Below, piece by piece: positions 19,163-28,525 of a DNA stretch of 64,000 nt (position 1 is its first letter; each line of letters opens with the position of its first letter). The DNA lies in the NCBI GenBank assembly GCA_965116875.1, contig OZ220733.1, forward strand, positions 1,888,001 through 1,952,000, written 5' to 3'. The notes below the pieces were generated by a model. That model saw only the letters and a program-made list of their open reading frames with translations, had not been told where the DNA came from and did not search any database. Source of the stretch: Candidatus Latescibacterota bacterium (lineage in GTDB: Bacteria; Latescibacterota; UBA2968; GCA-2709665). A program made the position numbers and the translations under genes.

Positions 19163-19286
19163 GGTAGACGTAAGCCGGGAGACGGGAGAGATTTCCTGCC
19201 CTGTAGAGTTTCTTCACGTGCCGGAGGCAAGTCGGAGGTACAAATCGGCAAGGGCTTCTTCTCCCGTCTACCCTCTACCGTCTCAC
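19163..19286 (-). repeat. Heptamer-armed ~125-bp element, copy A
   Basis: Four GGTAGAC/GGGAGAC-like units, a 68-bp core with TTGCCTCCGGCACG on the minus strand, then four inverted units. Confidence 0.75.
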
Positions 19287-19299
19287 CGCCTTTTTTCGA

Positions 19300-19471
19300 C
19301 CTCTCCCCCCGGCCCCCTCTCCTAAAGGAAAGGGGGAGGAAAACCGGGGATTGCCGGCTCGTCGTCCAAAAACACGCTCATTGACGGGAGAATACCATGC
19401 GGGCACATTCGCAAATCCAAACCTATCGACCCAGGTTCCCCCGTCCTTCAGGAAGGGGGGCAGGGGGTAGG
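19300..19471. repeat. Inverted pair of C-rich/G-rich palindromic repeats
   Basis: CCTCTCCCCCCGGCCCCCTCTCCTAAAGGAAAGGGGG and CCCCCGTCCTTCAGGAAGGGGGGCAGGGGGTAGG. Related sequence at ~23940-24035 and ~61190-61209. Confidence 0.55.
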
Positions 19472-19681
19472 TCCCGTCTCCTCTTCCTGTCAAAGGGATA
19501 CTTAAATAATTTATTATATAATCTTAAGCATGCAAGTGGGAATCGGGCCGGTGGATCAGGCTGCCGGAGTGGTCAACGGAAGGCGTCGTCCGCTTCTGAA
19601 TTCATGGGGTACCCGCTTTACATCGCGAACGAATTTAGTTAAATTCAATACAGTACAAAAGCGAATCATTGTTATAGATTA

Positions 19682-19698
19682 TATTCCCAAAAGGAATA
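19682..19698. promoter_or_regulatory. Putative LysR binding site (T-N11-A)
   Basis: TATTCC-CAAAA-GGAATA in an AT-rich tract between acnA and the LysR gene. Confidence 0.55.
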
Positions 19699-19800
19699 GG
19701 TCGGGACTTCAGGCGCCTGCAGGGATCACAGGGCAGGATCGTGAAACGGTCAGGCAGGCCCCACCCGCACACCGGCTTCCGCAAGCGGGGACGTTGAGAT

Positions 19801-20679
19801 ATGATCGAGAACATTGAAACCCTTGCGGCGCTTTCCGAGGCCGGCACCATGACCAAGGCGGGCACCCGGCTGCGCATCTCCCAGTCGGCCGTCAGCAAGC
19901 GCATCGACGCGCTCGAGAGTGCGCTGGGGCGGAAACTCGTCGAACCGGTGGGCAGGCGCGTCCGGCTCACGGCCGCGGGAATCCAGCTGCTCGAAAAGAC
20001 GGCGCCGTTCATGGCCGCGTTAAAGGAAGCGGTCGCGGACGAGTCCCCCGTTCAGGCCAGCCGCCTTGTCATTGGCATATCGGAATCCATACTCTCCTCC
20101 TGGGGATCGCGCGTTCTGGCCGGCGTCGCACGGGCCATCCCGCAGCTGGAACTCGTCGTCAACGCACACAGAAGCCCGGTTGCCATTGACCATGTACGCT
20201 CGGGAGAATACCTGCTCGCGCTGTGCGCCGATCGTGGGGAATACAGCGCGGATGTAAAGTCGGAGCCCCTCGTGGACGAGCCCATGGTCCTGGTTCCCTC
20301 GGGACTGGAGCCGCTTCGGCTTCGCCGCGATACGACGCTTCCCGTCATCACGATCGAACCCCATGCCGCGACCTGGGTTCACCTGGAACCACGCATCCGG
20401 GCACTCTCAGGCAAATGGAACATCCGCGTCGAGACCGAACAGACCCTGCAATCTTTCGCGGGCATCGCGCAGATGGCCAGGTGCGGGTTCGGTCACGGGC
20501 TGGTGCCGCTGGGTATCGCCAGGGCGCTGGGAATTCCCGATCCGGAACTGGTTCGATTTCCCGAACCCGGGCTCTCCCGGCCGATTGCGCTTGTTGGCCG
20601 CAGTACCACCTTCGCCCGTCCTATCGTAAGGTCATTCCACCGCATTCTGCGAAAAACCATCCCCCCGAACCTCTCCTGA
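19801..20679 (+). CDS. LysR family transcriptional regulator
   Basis: GTMTKAGTRLRISQSAVSKRIDALESALG...LTAAG. Confidence 0.92.
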   Translation: MIENIETLAALSEAGTMTKAGTRLRISQSAVSKRIDALESALGRKLVEPVGRRVRLTAAGIQLLEKTAPFMAALKEAVADESPVQASRLVIGISESILSSWGSRVLAGVARAIPQLELVVNAHRSPVAIDHVRSGEYLLALCADRGEYSADVKSEPLVDEPMVLVPSGLEPLRLRRDTTLPVITIEPHAATWVHLEPRIRALSGKWNIRVETEQTLQSFAGIAQMARCGFGHGLVPLGIARALGIPDPELVRFPEPGLSRPIALVGRSTTFARPIVRSFHRILRKTIPPNLS

Positions 20680-20743
20680 ACGGGCTGGTTTCGTTCCCGT
20701 TTCAACTTGCCTTCGGTAAACCAAAATCGTATTTTCCGACTCC

Positions 20744-22321
20744 GTGATCTCCAGTCCAGAACGACGTTTTGCCGCCCTGATCGTCCTCGATGGGTGGGGC
20801 CTTTCTTCCAGCGAGGACCACAACGCGGTCGCGATGGCCGATACGCCAACCATGGACCGCATCGGCGCGGCGTACCCGTCCACGACGCTCAGGACATGCG
20901 GACGCAGCGTGGGCCTGCCCGACGGATTGATCGGCAATTCCGAAGTCGGGCATCTCAACCTGGGCGCGGGGCGCGTTGTGATGCAGGCCGTCACCCGGAT
21001 CGACGACAGAGTGAGGGACGGCGGCTTCTCGCAAAACGGTGCGTTGCTCGCGTCGATGGACCGTGTTGCCGGCACCGATCGCCGCCTTCATCTGATCGGA
21101 CTGGTGTCCGACGGCGGGGTACATTCCTGGCCCAACCACTACAACGGTCTGCTCAGAATGGCAGCGGGTCGCCGGTTGAAACCGGACCAGGTCTGCGTAC
21201 ACGCGTGGCTCGACGGGCGCGATACGCCGCCCAAAAGCGGTATTCGCCATCTGGCCGCCTTTCAGGAGATGTGCGCGTCGGCGGGAGTTGGCAGAATCGC
21301 CACGGTTTGCGGCCGCTACTATGCCATGGACCGGGACCGGCGCTGGGACCGCGTCCGCGTGGCCTTCGAAGCCATGACGCTCGGCCGGGGGACGCACGCG
21401 GGGGACGCGCTCGAGGCCATTCAGGACGCGTACGATCGGAACGAGACCGACGAGTTCGTCAAACCGATCGTTGTTGCGGACGGCAACGCGGGATCACCGG
21501 CGACAATCGGGAACGGCGACTCCGTGATCTGCTTCAATTTCCGGGGCGACCGGGGACGGCAGATCACTCGCGCCTTCGTGCTGCGGGATTTCGACGGGTT
21601 CGAGCGGGCGGCCGTTCCCGGCGTACATTATACCTGCCTCACGCGGTACGAAGCCGGCCTGCCCGTGGACGGCGTCGCGTTTTCGCCCGAAGACCTGGCG
21701 CAGGCCATGCCGGACGTGTGCGGGAGGGCGATGAGCGAGGGCGGGCTCCGGCAGTTGCGTATCGCGGAAACCGAGAAATACGCGCACGTCACCTATTTCT
21801 TCAACGGCCAGCGGGAGGAACCCTTCGAAGGCGAGACCCGCATCCTGATCCCATCTCCCAGGGACGTGCCGACTTACGACCACAAGCCCGAGATGAGCGC
21901 GCCGGCCGTCACTCGAGAGTTCGTCGACGCGATACGATCACGACGCTTCGATTCCGCGATCTGTAATTTCGCAAACCCCGATATGGTCGGCCACACCGGT
22001 GTCATGGAAGCTGCGGTCAAGGCGGTGGAGACCGTGGACGGGTGTCTGAAGCGGATCCTGACAGCCATCGCCGATGTCGGAGGCATCGCCATCGTCACCG
22101 CGGACCACGGCAATGCCGAACAGATGATTCACGACGGGACCGGCGAACCCCACACCGCCCATACCGCCAATCCCGTGCCATTGGTACTTGTCGATCCGGA
22201 ATTCCGCGGAAGGCTCAGGAAAAGCGGGCGGCTCTGCGACGTGGCGCCAACCCTTCTGGGCGTACTCGGGCTTCGCAAGCCGGAAGCCATGACGGGAGAA
22301 GACCTGAGAGTGGTACAGTAA
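20744..22321 (+). CDS. gpmI: 2,3-bisphosphoglycerate-independent phosphoglycerate mutase
   Basis: LDGWG, GNSEVGH, GRYYAMDRD, AETEKYAHVT, NPDMVGH, TADHGN. Confidence 0.97.
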   Translation: MISSPERRFAALIVLDGWGLSSSEDHNAVAMADTPTMDRIGAAYPSTTLRTCGRSVGLPDGLIGNSEVGHLNLGAGRVVMQAVTRIDDRVRDGGFSQNGALLASMDRVAGTDRRLHLIGLVSDGGVHSWPNHYNGLLRMAAGRRLKPDQVCVHAWLDGRDTPPKSGIRHLAAFQEMCASAGVGRIATVCGRYYAMDRDRRWDRVRVAFEAMTLGRGTHAGDALEAIQDAYDRNETDEFVKPIVVADGNAGSPATIGNGDSVICFNFRGDRGRQITRAFVLRDFDGFERAAVPGVHYTCLTRYEAGLPVDGVAFSPEDLAQAMPDVCGRAMSEGGLRQLRIAETEKYAHVTYFFNGQREEPFEGETRILIPSPRDVPTYDHKPEMSAPAVTREFVDAIRSRRFDSAICNFANPDMVGHTGVMEAAVKAVETVDGCLKRILTAIADVGGIAIVTADHGNAEQMIHDGTGEPHTAHTANPVPLVLVDPEFRGRLRKSGRLCDVAPTLLGVLGLRKPEAMTGEDLRVVQ

Positions 22322-22360
22322 AGCCCGCTCGTGTCCCCGACCCTCGAATGAGGAGACCTT

Positions 22361-23542
22361 ATGAAAATCCACGAATACCAGGCCAAGGAAATCCTCAAGT
22401 CGTATGACGTGCCCGTACCCGAGGGACGTCTGGCCAGAACGGCCGACGAGGCCGGAACCGCGGCGGAAGAGCTCGGCGGCGCCGTTGTCGTAAAGGCCCA
22501 GATCCACGCCGGCGGCCGCGGAAAGGGGGGCGGGATTAAGATCGCCAGCGACCCGGAAGAGGCCTATGGATACGCCAGGGACATGATCGGACGGAACCTG
22601 GTCACGCCGCAGACCGGCCCTGAAGGACAGAACGTCAAGCAGGTGTGGATCGAAAGCGCTACAGATATCGCCCGCGAACTCTACCTGGGCGTGGTACTGG
22701 ACCGGGATCAGTCCAGGCTTGTCATCATGGCTTCCGGCGAGGGCGGCATGGACATCGAGGAAGTGGCCGCCGCGACGCCCGAGAAGATCCTCAGGGAAAC
22801 CGTCGACCCGGCGGTCGGACTTCAACCCTTTCAGGCCCGCCGGCTGGCATTCGGCCTTGGCCTGGAGTCCGGGTCGTTCAAACAGGGGGTGCGGTTCATC
22901 GACCGGCTCTTTGCCGCCTACATCGGTACCGACTGCTCCCTGGCCGAAATCAACCCCCTGGTCGTCACCTCCAACGGCAACCTGGTGGCTCTGGACGCCA
23001 AGATGAATTTCGACGACAATGCGCTCTTCCGCCACAAAGACATTCGGGAACTCCGCGACACCGATGAGGAAGACCCTCTGGAGGTGGATGCCTCCAGGTT
23101 CGACCTCAACTATATCAAGCTTGACGGCGAGGTCGGCTGCATGGTCAACGGCGCCGGTCTGGCCATGGCTACGATGGACATCGTCAAATATGCGGGATCG
23201 TCACCCGCGAACTTTCTGGACGTGGGCGGCGGCGCAAACGTGGAGCGGGTGGAAAACGCATTCCGTATCCTCCTCTCGGACACTGGCGTCAAGGCCGTAC
23301 TCATCAACATTTTCGGTGGAATCGTTCGTTGCGACCGGGTCGCCGAGGGTGTGGTCCAGGCGCTCGGGAGTTTCTCGGCGGACCTCCCTATCGTGGTGCG
23401 CCTGCAGGGTACCAATGCCGAGGAAGGCGCGCGGATTCTGGAGAATTCGGATCTGAAATTCACAGTAGCCCGCGAGTTGAAGGAAGCGGCTGAGGCGGTT
23501 GTGACGGCGGTACATGCAAAAGCCGGTGAGAAAATCGGGTAG
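22361..23542 (+). CDS. sucC: Succinyl-CoA ligase beta subunit
   Basis: MKIHEYQAK, KAQIHAGGRGKGGG, NGAGLAMATMD, ANFLDVGGG. Confidence 0.97.
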   Translation: MKIHEYQAKEILKSYDVPVPEGRLARTADEAGTAAEELGGAVVVKAQIHAGGRGKGGGIKIASDPEEAYGYARDMIGRNLVTPQTGPEGQNVKQVWIESATDIARELYLGVVLDRDQSRLVIMASGEGGMDIEEVAAATPEKILRETVDPAVGLQPFQARRLAFGLGLESGSFKQGVRFIDRLFAAYIGTDCSLAEINPLVVTSNGNLVALDAKMNFDDNALFRHKDIRELRDTDEEDPLEVDASRFDLNYIKLDGEVGCMVNGAGLAMATMDIVKYAGSSPANFLDVGGGANVERVENAFRILLSDTGVKAVLINIFGGIVRCDRVAEGVVQALGSFSADLPIVVRLQGTNAEEGARILENSDLKFTVARELKEAAEAVVTAVHAKAGEKIG

Positions 23543-23662
23543 ACGGGAGACGTAAGACGGTAGATGAGATCATTGCCGGGTATGGTATTCGTTGTTGCCT
23601 CCGGCACGATTAGAAGCCTCACAAGGCAGGTTATCTCTACCCTCTCCCCTCTTGCTTCTACC
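23538..23662 (+). repeat. Heptamer-armed 125-bp element, copy B (contains the sucC TAG)
   Basis: GGTAGAC GGGAGAC GTAAGAC GGTAGAT, 69-bp core, CTCTACC CTCTCCC CTCTTGC TTCTACC. Confidence 0.8.
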
Positions 23663-24121
23663 CGCTCTTAAGGAACACGCCGGAGGCATGATTCTATATA
23701 GAAAAGCAAACTACATATATGTCATTTGCATGCCGGATATATTGCTCATAAAATCATTATTTTTCTTATTTTACGTCCTTTTTCTTATGCGCCGAAGAAA
23801 AAGGACCAAAAAGAAGGGCGCCCTTCGGCAGGGGGCCGGTTTTTCCACGAACACCCCCGGTGGCACAGATTGGCGAACGTGCCCTGCGCACGAATCCGAC
23901 CCCTCCGTGCTTCAATACTGAATGGAATAGCGTGGAAAAACCCCCCGTACCCCCGGTCGCCGGTTGTGATGTGTATTGATAGAGCGAGACCTTCCTCCCT
24001 CTCTCCTGGTAGGAGAGAGGGCCGGGGAGAGAGGTCTGCGGGGCCGGGTGGAGGGGTCGCTTTTGCTTTTCGTTTCTTGCTGACCGTAGACGCCTGACCG
24101 CTGACAGCTTTGGTTGTACAC

Positions 24122-24288
24122 AAGGATGGCTGCAAAGTGTGCAGCCATCCTTTCTGATTTATGCCAAAATGGCATATTACTGCAAAAAAGACAGATTGCG
24201 AGCGGGCCCAGGTTACACGTATGATTCGATAACTGCTTGTTTTTCATATATTTCAGTGTGTAATTGATGCTTTGGTACTCATGTTGCT
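24122..24288 (+). promoter_or_regulatory. Putative sigma54 promoter with IHF site and upstream palindromes for FmdB-dnaK
   Basis: TGGTAC-N5-TTGCT at 24273-24288; IHF-like TAACTGCTTGTTT at 24230-24242; ATGCCA-AAA-TGGCAT at 24161-24175; 13-bp inverted repeat at 24122-24152. Confidence 0.6.
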
Positions 24289-24347
24289 TTAAATGCACTG
24301 TCGGACTCTTTATCGATACCGAAGGACTCAGAAAAAGGAAGCCGATT

Positions 24348-24641
24348 ATGCCAACGTATGACTACGCTTGTGAAGCGTGTAGCCACGAATTCGAGCATTT
24401 TCAGAGCATTACTTCGTCGCCGCTTCGCAAATGTCCGGAGTGTGGCGAACGTAAGCTGAAACGGCTCATCGGCGCCGGCGCGGGACTCATCTTCAAGGGA
24501 TCCGGTTTCTATATTACCGATTACCGGAGCGAAGGATACAAGGAGGCGGCAAAGAAGGACGCGCCTAAAGACAAGAAAAAGGACAAGAAAGAAAAGAGCG
24601 GCAGCGGCGCAAAATCCAAGAGCAAGGAAAAGGCGGCATAA
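24348..24641 (+). CDS. FmdB-family zinc ribbon protein
   Basis: MPTYDYACEAC...CPECG...FKGSGFYITDY with a Lys-rich tail. Confidence 0.9.
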   Translation: MPTYDYACEACSHEFEHFQSITSSPLRKCPECGERKLKRLIGAGAGLIFKGSGFYITDYRSEGYKEAAKKDAPKDKKKDKKEKSGSGAKSKSKEKAA

Positions 24642-24676
24642 ATCACGCCGTTTTTAAATAGAAAGGAAACCTGCAA

Positions 24677-26596
24677 ATGGGCAAAGTTATCGGAATCGAC
24701 CTGGGAACGACCAACTCCTGCGTGGCTGTAATGGAGGGGGGCGATCCCGTCGTGATTCCCAATGCCGAGGGCGGTCGCACCACCCCGTCGGTGATCGGTT
24801 TCACCAAAGACGACGAACGCCTCGTCGGTCAGGTGGCAAAACGACAGGCCGTGACGAACCCCCAGAATACGGTCTACTCCATCAAACGCTTCATGGGCAG
24901 GCGTTATGAGGAAGTGCCCGGCGAAATTGAGGAAGTCCCGTACGAAGTCCAGAGAGACGGCAACGGTCTTGCTACGGCAAAGCTGGGCGACAAGACGTAT
25001 ACGCCTCCCGAGATCTCGGCGATGGTCCTGCAGAAAATGAAACAGACGGCCGAAGAATACCTCGGCGAGACCGTTACGGACGCCGTCATCACGGTTCCGG
25101 CGTACTTCAACGACGCACAGCGGAAGGCCACCACGGACGCGGGGAAGATCGCAGGCCTGGAAGTAAGGCGCATCGTCAACGAGCCCACGGCCGCGTCCCT
25201 GGCCTATGGCCTCGACAAGAAAGCCGATGAGATCATCGCCGTCTATGACCTGGGCGGTGGTACGTTCGACATTTCCATTCTGGAACTGGGCGACGGCGTA
25301 TTCGAAGTCAAGTCCACCAACGGGGACACTCACCTGGGCGGCGACGACTTCGATCAGCGCATCATCGACTGGCTCGCGGATGAATTTCAGCGGGAGAACA
25401 ACATCGACCTGCGCAACGACCCGATGGCGCTGCAGCGGTTGAAGGAAGCGGCCGAAAAGGCCAAATGCGAGCTATCCAGTTCCCTGCAAACGGACGTCAA
25501 CCTGCCCTTTGTTACAGCCGATGCGTCAGGTCCCAAGCATATGAACCTGACCCTGTCCAGGGCGAAATTCGAGCAACTCGTGGAAGACCTGGTTGAACGT
25601 ACCAAGAGTCCGTGCGTCCAGGCGATCAGGGACGCGGGACTTTCTCCGTCGGAGATCAACGAGGTCATTCTGGTTGGCGGCAGCACACGCATTCCCAAAG
25701 TCCAGGAGGCGGTCAAAGAACTCTTCGGCAAGGATCCGAACCGGGGCGTAAATCCGGACGAGGTGGTCGCGGTGGGCGCGGCGATTCAGGCCGGTGTGCT
25801 TTCGGGCGACGTCAAGGACGTGGTACTGCTGGACGTGACCCCCCTTTCTCTCGGTATCGAGACTCTGGGCGGCGTGATGACAAAGCTCATCGATCGCAAC
25901 ACCACCATCCCCACGAAGAAGTCCCAGGTCTTCACGACCGCCGCCGACAGCCAGCCTTCGGTTGAGGTGCACGTGCTGCAGGGCGAACGGGAAATGTCGG
26001 TTGACAACCGTACGATCGGCCGGTTTCACCTGGACGGCATCCCGCCTGCGCCACGCGGCACCCCCCAGATCGAAGTCAGCTTCGATATTGACGCCAACGG
26101 GATCATGAACGTGTCCGCCAAAGACATGGGCACGAACAAGGAACAGAGCATCCGAATCGAGGCTTCCTCGGGCCTTTCCGACGCGGAAATCGATCGGATG
26201 GTGGGCGACGCCCAGGAAAACGCCGCGGACGACAAGAAACGGCGGGAGGGCATCGAGGTTCGCAACCAGGCGGACCAGCAGGTCTATCAGACCGAAAAAC
26301 AGCTCGAAGAGATGGGCGAAAAGATCAGCGACGACGCCAAAGCCAAGGTGCAGGCCGCGGTGGACCGGGTGAAGGAAACGCTCAAGGGCGAGAATCCGGA
26401 CGAAATCAAATCCGCCACCGAGGCGCTCACCCAGGAGTGGCACCAGGTGGCCAGCGAACTCTATGCGCAGGCCTCGCAGGCGGGACCCGAGGCCGGGACT
26501 CCCGGGGACCCGGGGCAGGCAGCAGGCGAGCAGAAGCAGGACGACGGCGTGGTGGACGCGGAATACGAAGTTGTGGATGACGACAAAAAGAAGTAA
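24677..26596 (+). CDS. dnaK: Chaperone DnaK
   Basis: [40 protein letters not shown]. Confidence 0.99.
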   Translation: MGKVIGIDLGTTNSCVAVMEGGDPVVIPNAEGGRTTPSVIGFTKDDERLVGQVAKRQAVTNPQNTVYSIKRFMGRRYEEVPGEIEEVPYEVQRDGNGLATAKLGDKTYTPPEISAMVLQKMKQTAEEYLGETVTDAVITVPAYFNDAQRKATTDAGKIAGLEVRRIVNEPTAASLAYGLDKKADEIIAVYDLGGGTFDISILELGDGVFEVKSTNGDTHLGGDDFDQRIIDWLADEFQRENNIDLRNDPMALQRLKEAAEKAKCELSSSLQTDVNLPFVTADASGPKHMNLTLSRAKFEQLVEDLVERTKSPCVQAIRDAGLSPSEINEVILVGGSTRIPKVQEAVKELFGKDPNRGVNPDEVVAVGAAIQAGVLSGDVKDVVLLDVTPLSLGIETLGGVMTKLIDRNTTIPTKKSQVFTTAADSQPSVEVHVLQGEREMSVDNRTIGRFHLDGIPPAPRGTPQIEVSFDIDANGIMNVSAKDMGTNKEQSIRIEASSGLSDAEIDRMVGDAQENAADDKKRREGIEVRNQADQQVYQTEKQLEEMGEKISDDAKAKVQAAVDRVKETLKGENPDEIKSATEALTQEWHQVASELYAQASQAGPEAGTPGDPGQAAGEQKQDDGVVDAEYEVVDDDKKK

Positions 26597-26616
26597 TCCG
26601 GAACAGAAAATGAACG

Positions 26617-26653
26617 GCGGAGGCGATTCCCACGGGAGCGCCTCCGCTTTTTT
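26617..26653 (+). terminator. Intrinsic terminator after dnaK
   Basis: GCGGAGGCG...CGCCTCCGC followed by TTTTTT. Confidence 0.8.
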
Positions 26654-26668
26654 GTGTTAGAAACTCTT

Positions 26669-26787
26669 TTGTTCCTCCGACCTGCCTGCGGCATGAGAAG
26701 AAATCCCTTACTGCATCCGATCTCTCCCGTCTTCCTTCTCACCAGGTGGTGGGGCGGAGTGTGGTCCTCTCCCCTCTCCCGTCTTCC
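26669..26787 (+). repeat. Partial copy D of the heptamer-armed element
   Basis: TTGTTCCTCCGACCTGCCTGCGGCATGAGAAGAAA matches the copy A core, followed by CTCTCCC GTCTTCC TTCTCAC units. Confidence 0.6.
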
Positions 26788-26983
26788 CGGTTTCAAGGTT
26801 CCGCGCTGAAAAGAGTTCCCACGCCCGTTCGCGCGCGGCAGCCTCATCCCGTGGCGCGTTCAGCTTGTACTCAAAGCGAAGGCGCTGCGTACCGTCCGCA
26901 ATCTCAAAGACCTCGACGAGCCAGAAGTCGCCGTCATGTCTGGCAATCAGCCTGAACTCGCGGTTTTCATGGCGAATGACCAT
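26708..26983 (-). CDS. Small hypothetical protein (C-terminus runs into repeat DNA)
   Basis: 91-aa ORF downstream of PhyH on the same strand; the first ~63 aa look globular. Confidence 0.45.
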   Translation of the reverse strand: MVIRHENREFRLIARHDGDFWLVEVFEIADGTQRLRFEYKLNAPRDEAAARERAWELFSARNLETGKTGEGRGPHSAPPPGEKEDGRDRMQ

Positions 26984-27052
26984 GGTTCGCCCCGTCTTCC
27001 AGGTTCGGCATTGCGCATGCGAACAGAAATGGCAGCGACGGACAACGGTGCG

Positions 27053-27871
27053 CTACCAGCGATTCAGGCCAAGGAGCCGTCGCCCAAGCGGCGTCAACCG
27101 CGCGGTTTCACCTTCCAAATGCTCCTTTTCCTTCTGATTCTTCCCCAATCCCGTGAGGCGTTCGCGCCAGCCCTCAATGCGGCTTTCCCGATGCGACTCG
27201 TCCTCCTCCCTTGCGGGAGTCATCGTGATGTATTGCGCGATACGCGGCCGGTCGGCCGAGTTGGGACTGCTTCCATGCGGCAGCAGGCTGTGCCAGATCA
27301 CGAGATCGCCTTCCCTGCCGGCGATCGGCTTCGCCTGATGTCCGAATTCCTCCTGCATCCGTCGCCTGGGTTCGTCCTCATCCGATAGCGTCTCCAGCCA
27401 GTCCTGAATCCGCCGATGGAAGCCGGGTATACACGTAAACGCGCCCTGGTTCTCCGCCGTATCGGACAGATAGAGGACACCCTGAACCATGAAGCGCGAC
27501 GGATCCTCCAGTGAGACATCCCAATGCAAATACGGACCCTTGAAACTGAATCCAGGCCGTTCCGGCGGATTCAGACTCGTCCTGTCGAAACTCACCCAGA
27601 GTTTTTCGGTTCCCCAGACATCCGCAAATGCACCGTGTACCCTCGGGTACTGCCGGTTGTCCCACAGCGCCTGATGCTGGTACATTTCAACCATGATACC
27701 CGGCCTCGGCGGCTCCGGATACCACGTTTCCGGATCTGTGGAGTCCATGTCCAGGAACGTCCACACGGCCGCCTCGGCCTCGCGGCAGTTTTCCGGCGGC
27801 ACAGCCTCGGGCACCACAACGTATCCGTTCTCTTTCCAGAATTCCATTGCCTGGGCGTCCAGAACAGCCAT
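27053..27871 (-). CDS. Phytanoyl-CoA dioxygenase (PhyH) family protein
   Basis: FWKENGYVVV, HWD...PHG facial triad, IPGFH; GGGAGG SD. Confidence 0.9.
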   Translation of the reverse strand: MAVLDAQAMEFWKENGYVVVPEAVPPENCREAEAAVWTFLDMDSTDPETWYPEPPRPGIMVEMYQHQALWDNRQYPRVHGAFADVWGTEKLWVSFDRTSLNPPERPGFSFKGPYLHWDVSLEDPSRFMVQGVLYLSDTAENQGAFTCIPGFHRRIQDWLETLSDEDEPRRRMQEEFGHQAKPIAGREGDLVIWHSLLPHGSSPNSADRPRIAQYITMTPAREEDESHRESRIEGWRERLTGLGKNQKEKEHLEGETARLTPLGRRLLGLNRW

Positions 27872-28024
27872 GTCGTCCTCCCTTTTTCATCCCGACGGAA
27901 GAGGTAGACTTCCGCCAATTTCGCGTTGGCGCCTTGATATCCCGAATATGGTTCCATAACGTACGCTGTCAAGTCATTTGGACTCTGATTAAGTTCGACT
28001 CGAAAGAAGATAACCGTAAAATTG

Positions 28025-28176
28025 GCCGCAAAAAGCACAAAAGACACAGAAAGAGTCGATGCGAAACGTCGTATCGAGGTCATCGCAATGGATGAAATTT
28101 CCGTGGGCGTCCGGTAACCCCAGGTATCTTGGAACGGAGGTGCTCGGGAAGGGTGACTTTTTTTGCCTTTTGTGGC
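28025..28176. repeat. Element with inverted 9-mer-periodic arms (GCCACAAAAAGCACAAAAG family)
   Basis: Left arm at 28025-28051, inverted arm at 28153-28176; another left arm (25/27 match) at 56990-57016. Confidence 0.6.
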
Positions 28177-28373
28177 AATTGCCCTTTAACGGCTCACGAA
28201 GCGTCTCCCACTCCTCGCGCCGGGTAGGGGTCGCGATCCCTGACCCGGACCCGGCCGGAACCACGGCGCGAATCGCCGATATACCGCGTAAACGCCATTT
28301 TTGTGTGGATAATGCGGCGTACTTCTTTATATTTCACAGTCGGCCGGCCATCGTCCGGAAGGACGTTTTCTCC

Positions 28374-28506
28374 GTTCACGTCCAGCGACCTGGTGCATCC
28401 TGCCTGCCTGTCGAACGCAGGCAGACAGGGCAATCCGCCGTCCAATCGGCCTTTTTAACCGGAACACATTCGAACGATCGTCCACGAGAACTTACGAATC
28501 AAGGTT
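28374..28506 (+). repeat. 133-bp dispersed repeat family D, copy 1
   Basis: Ungapped match to 61214-61346 (22 mismatches by hand count); internal palindrome CCTGCCTGCCTG-N7-CAGGCAGACAGG. Confidence 0.85.
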
Positions 28507-28525
28507 CATTCCCGGAACTCCGACT

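Noticed and set aside
24170-24184. Second sigma54 site TGGCATATTACTGCA
   Set aside because: GG-GC spacing is one base short; better read as part of the upstream palindrome.
23592-24298. Short ORFs between sucC and FmdB
   Set aside because: They translate repeat and promoter DNA and have no coding features.
24100-24676. CIRCE/HrcA operator before dnaK
   Set aside because: No TTAGCACTC-N9-GAGTGCTAA seen.
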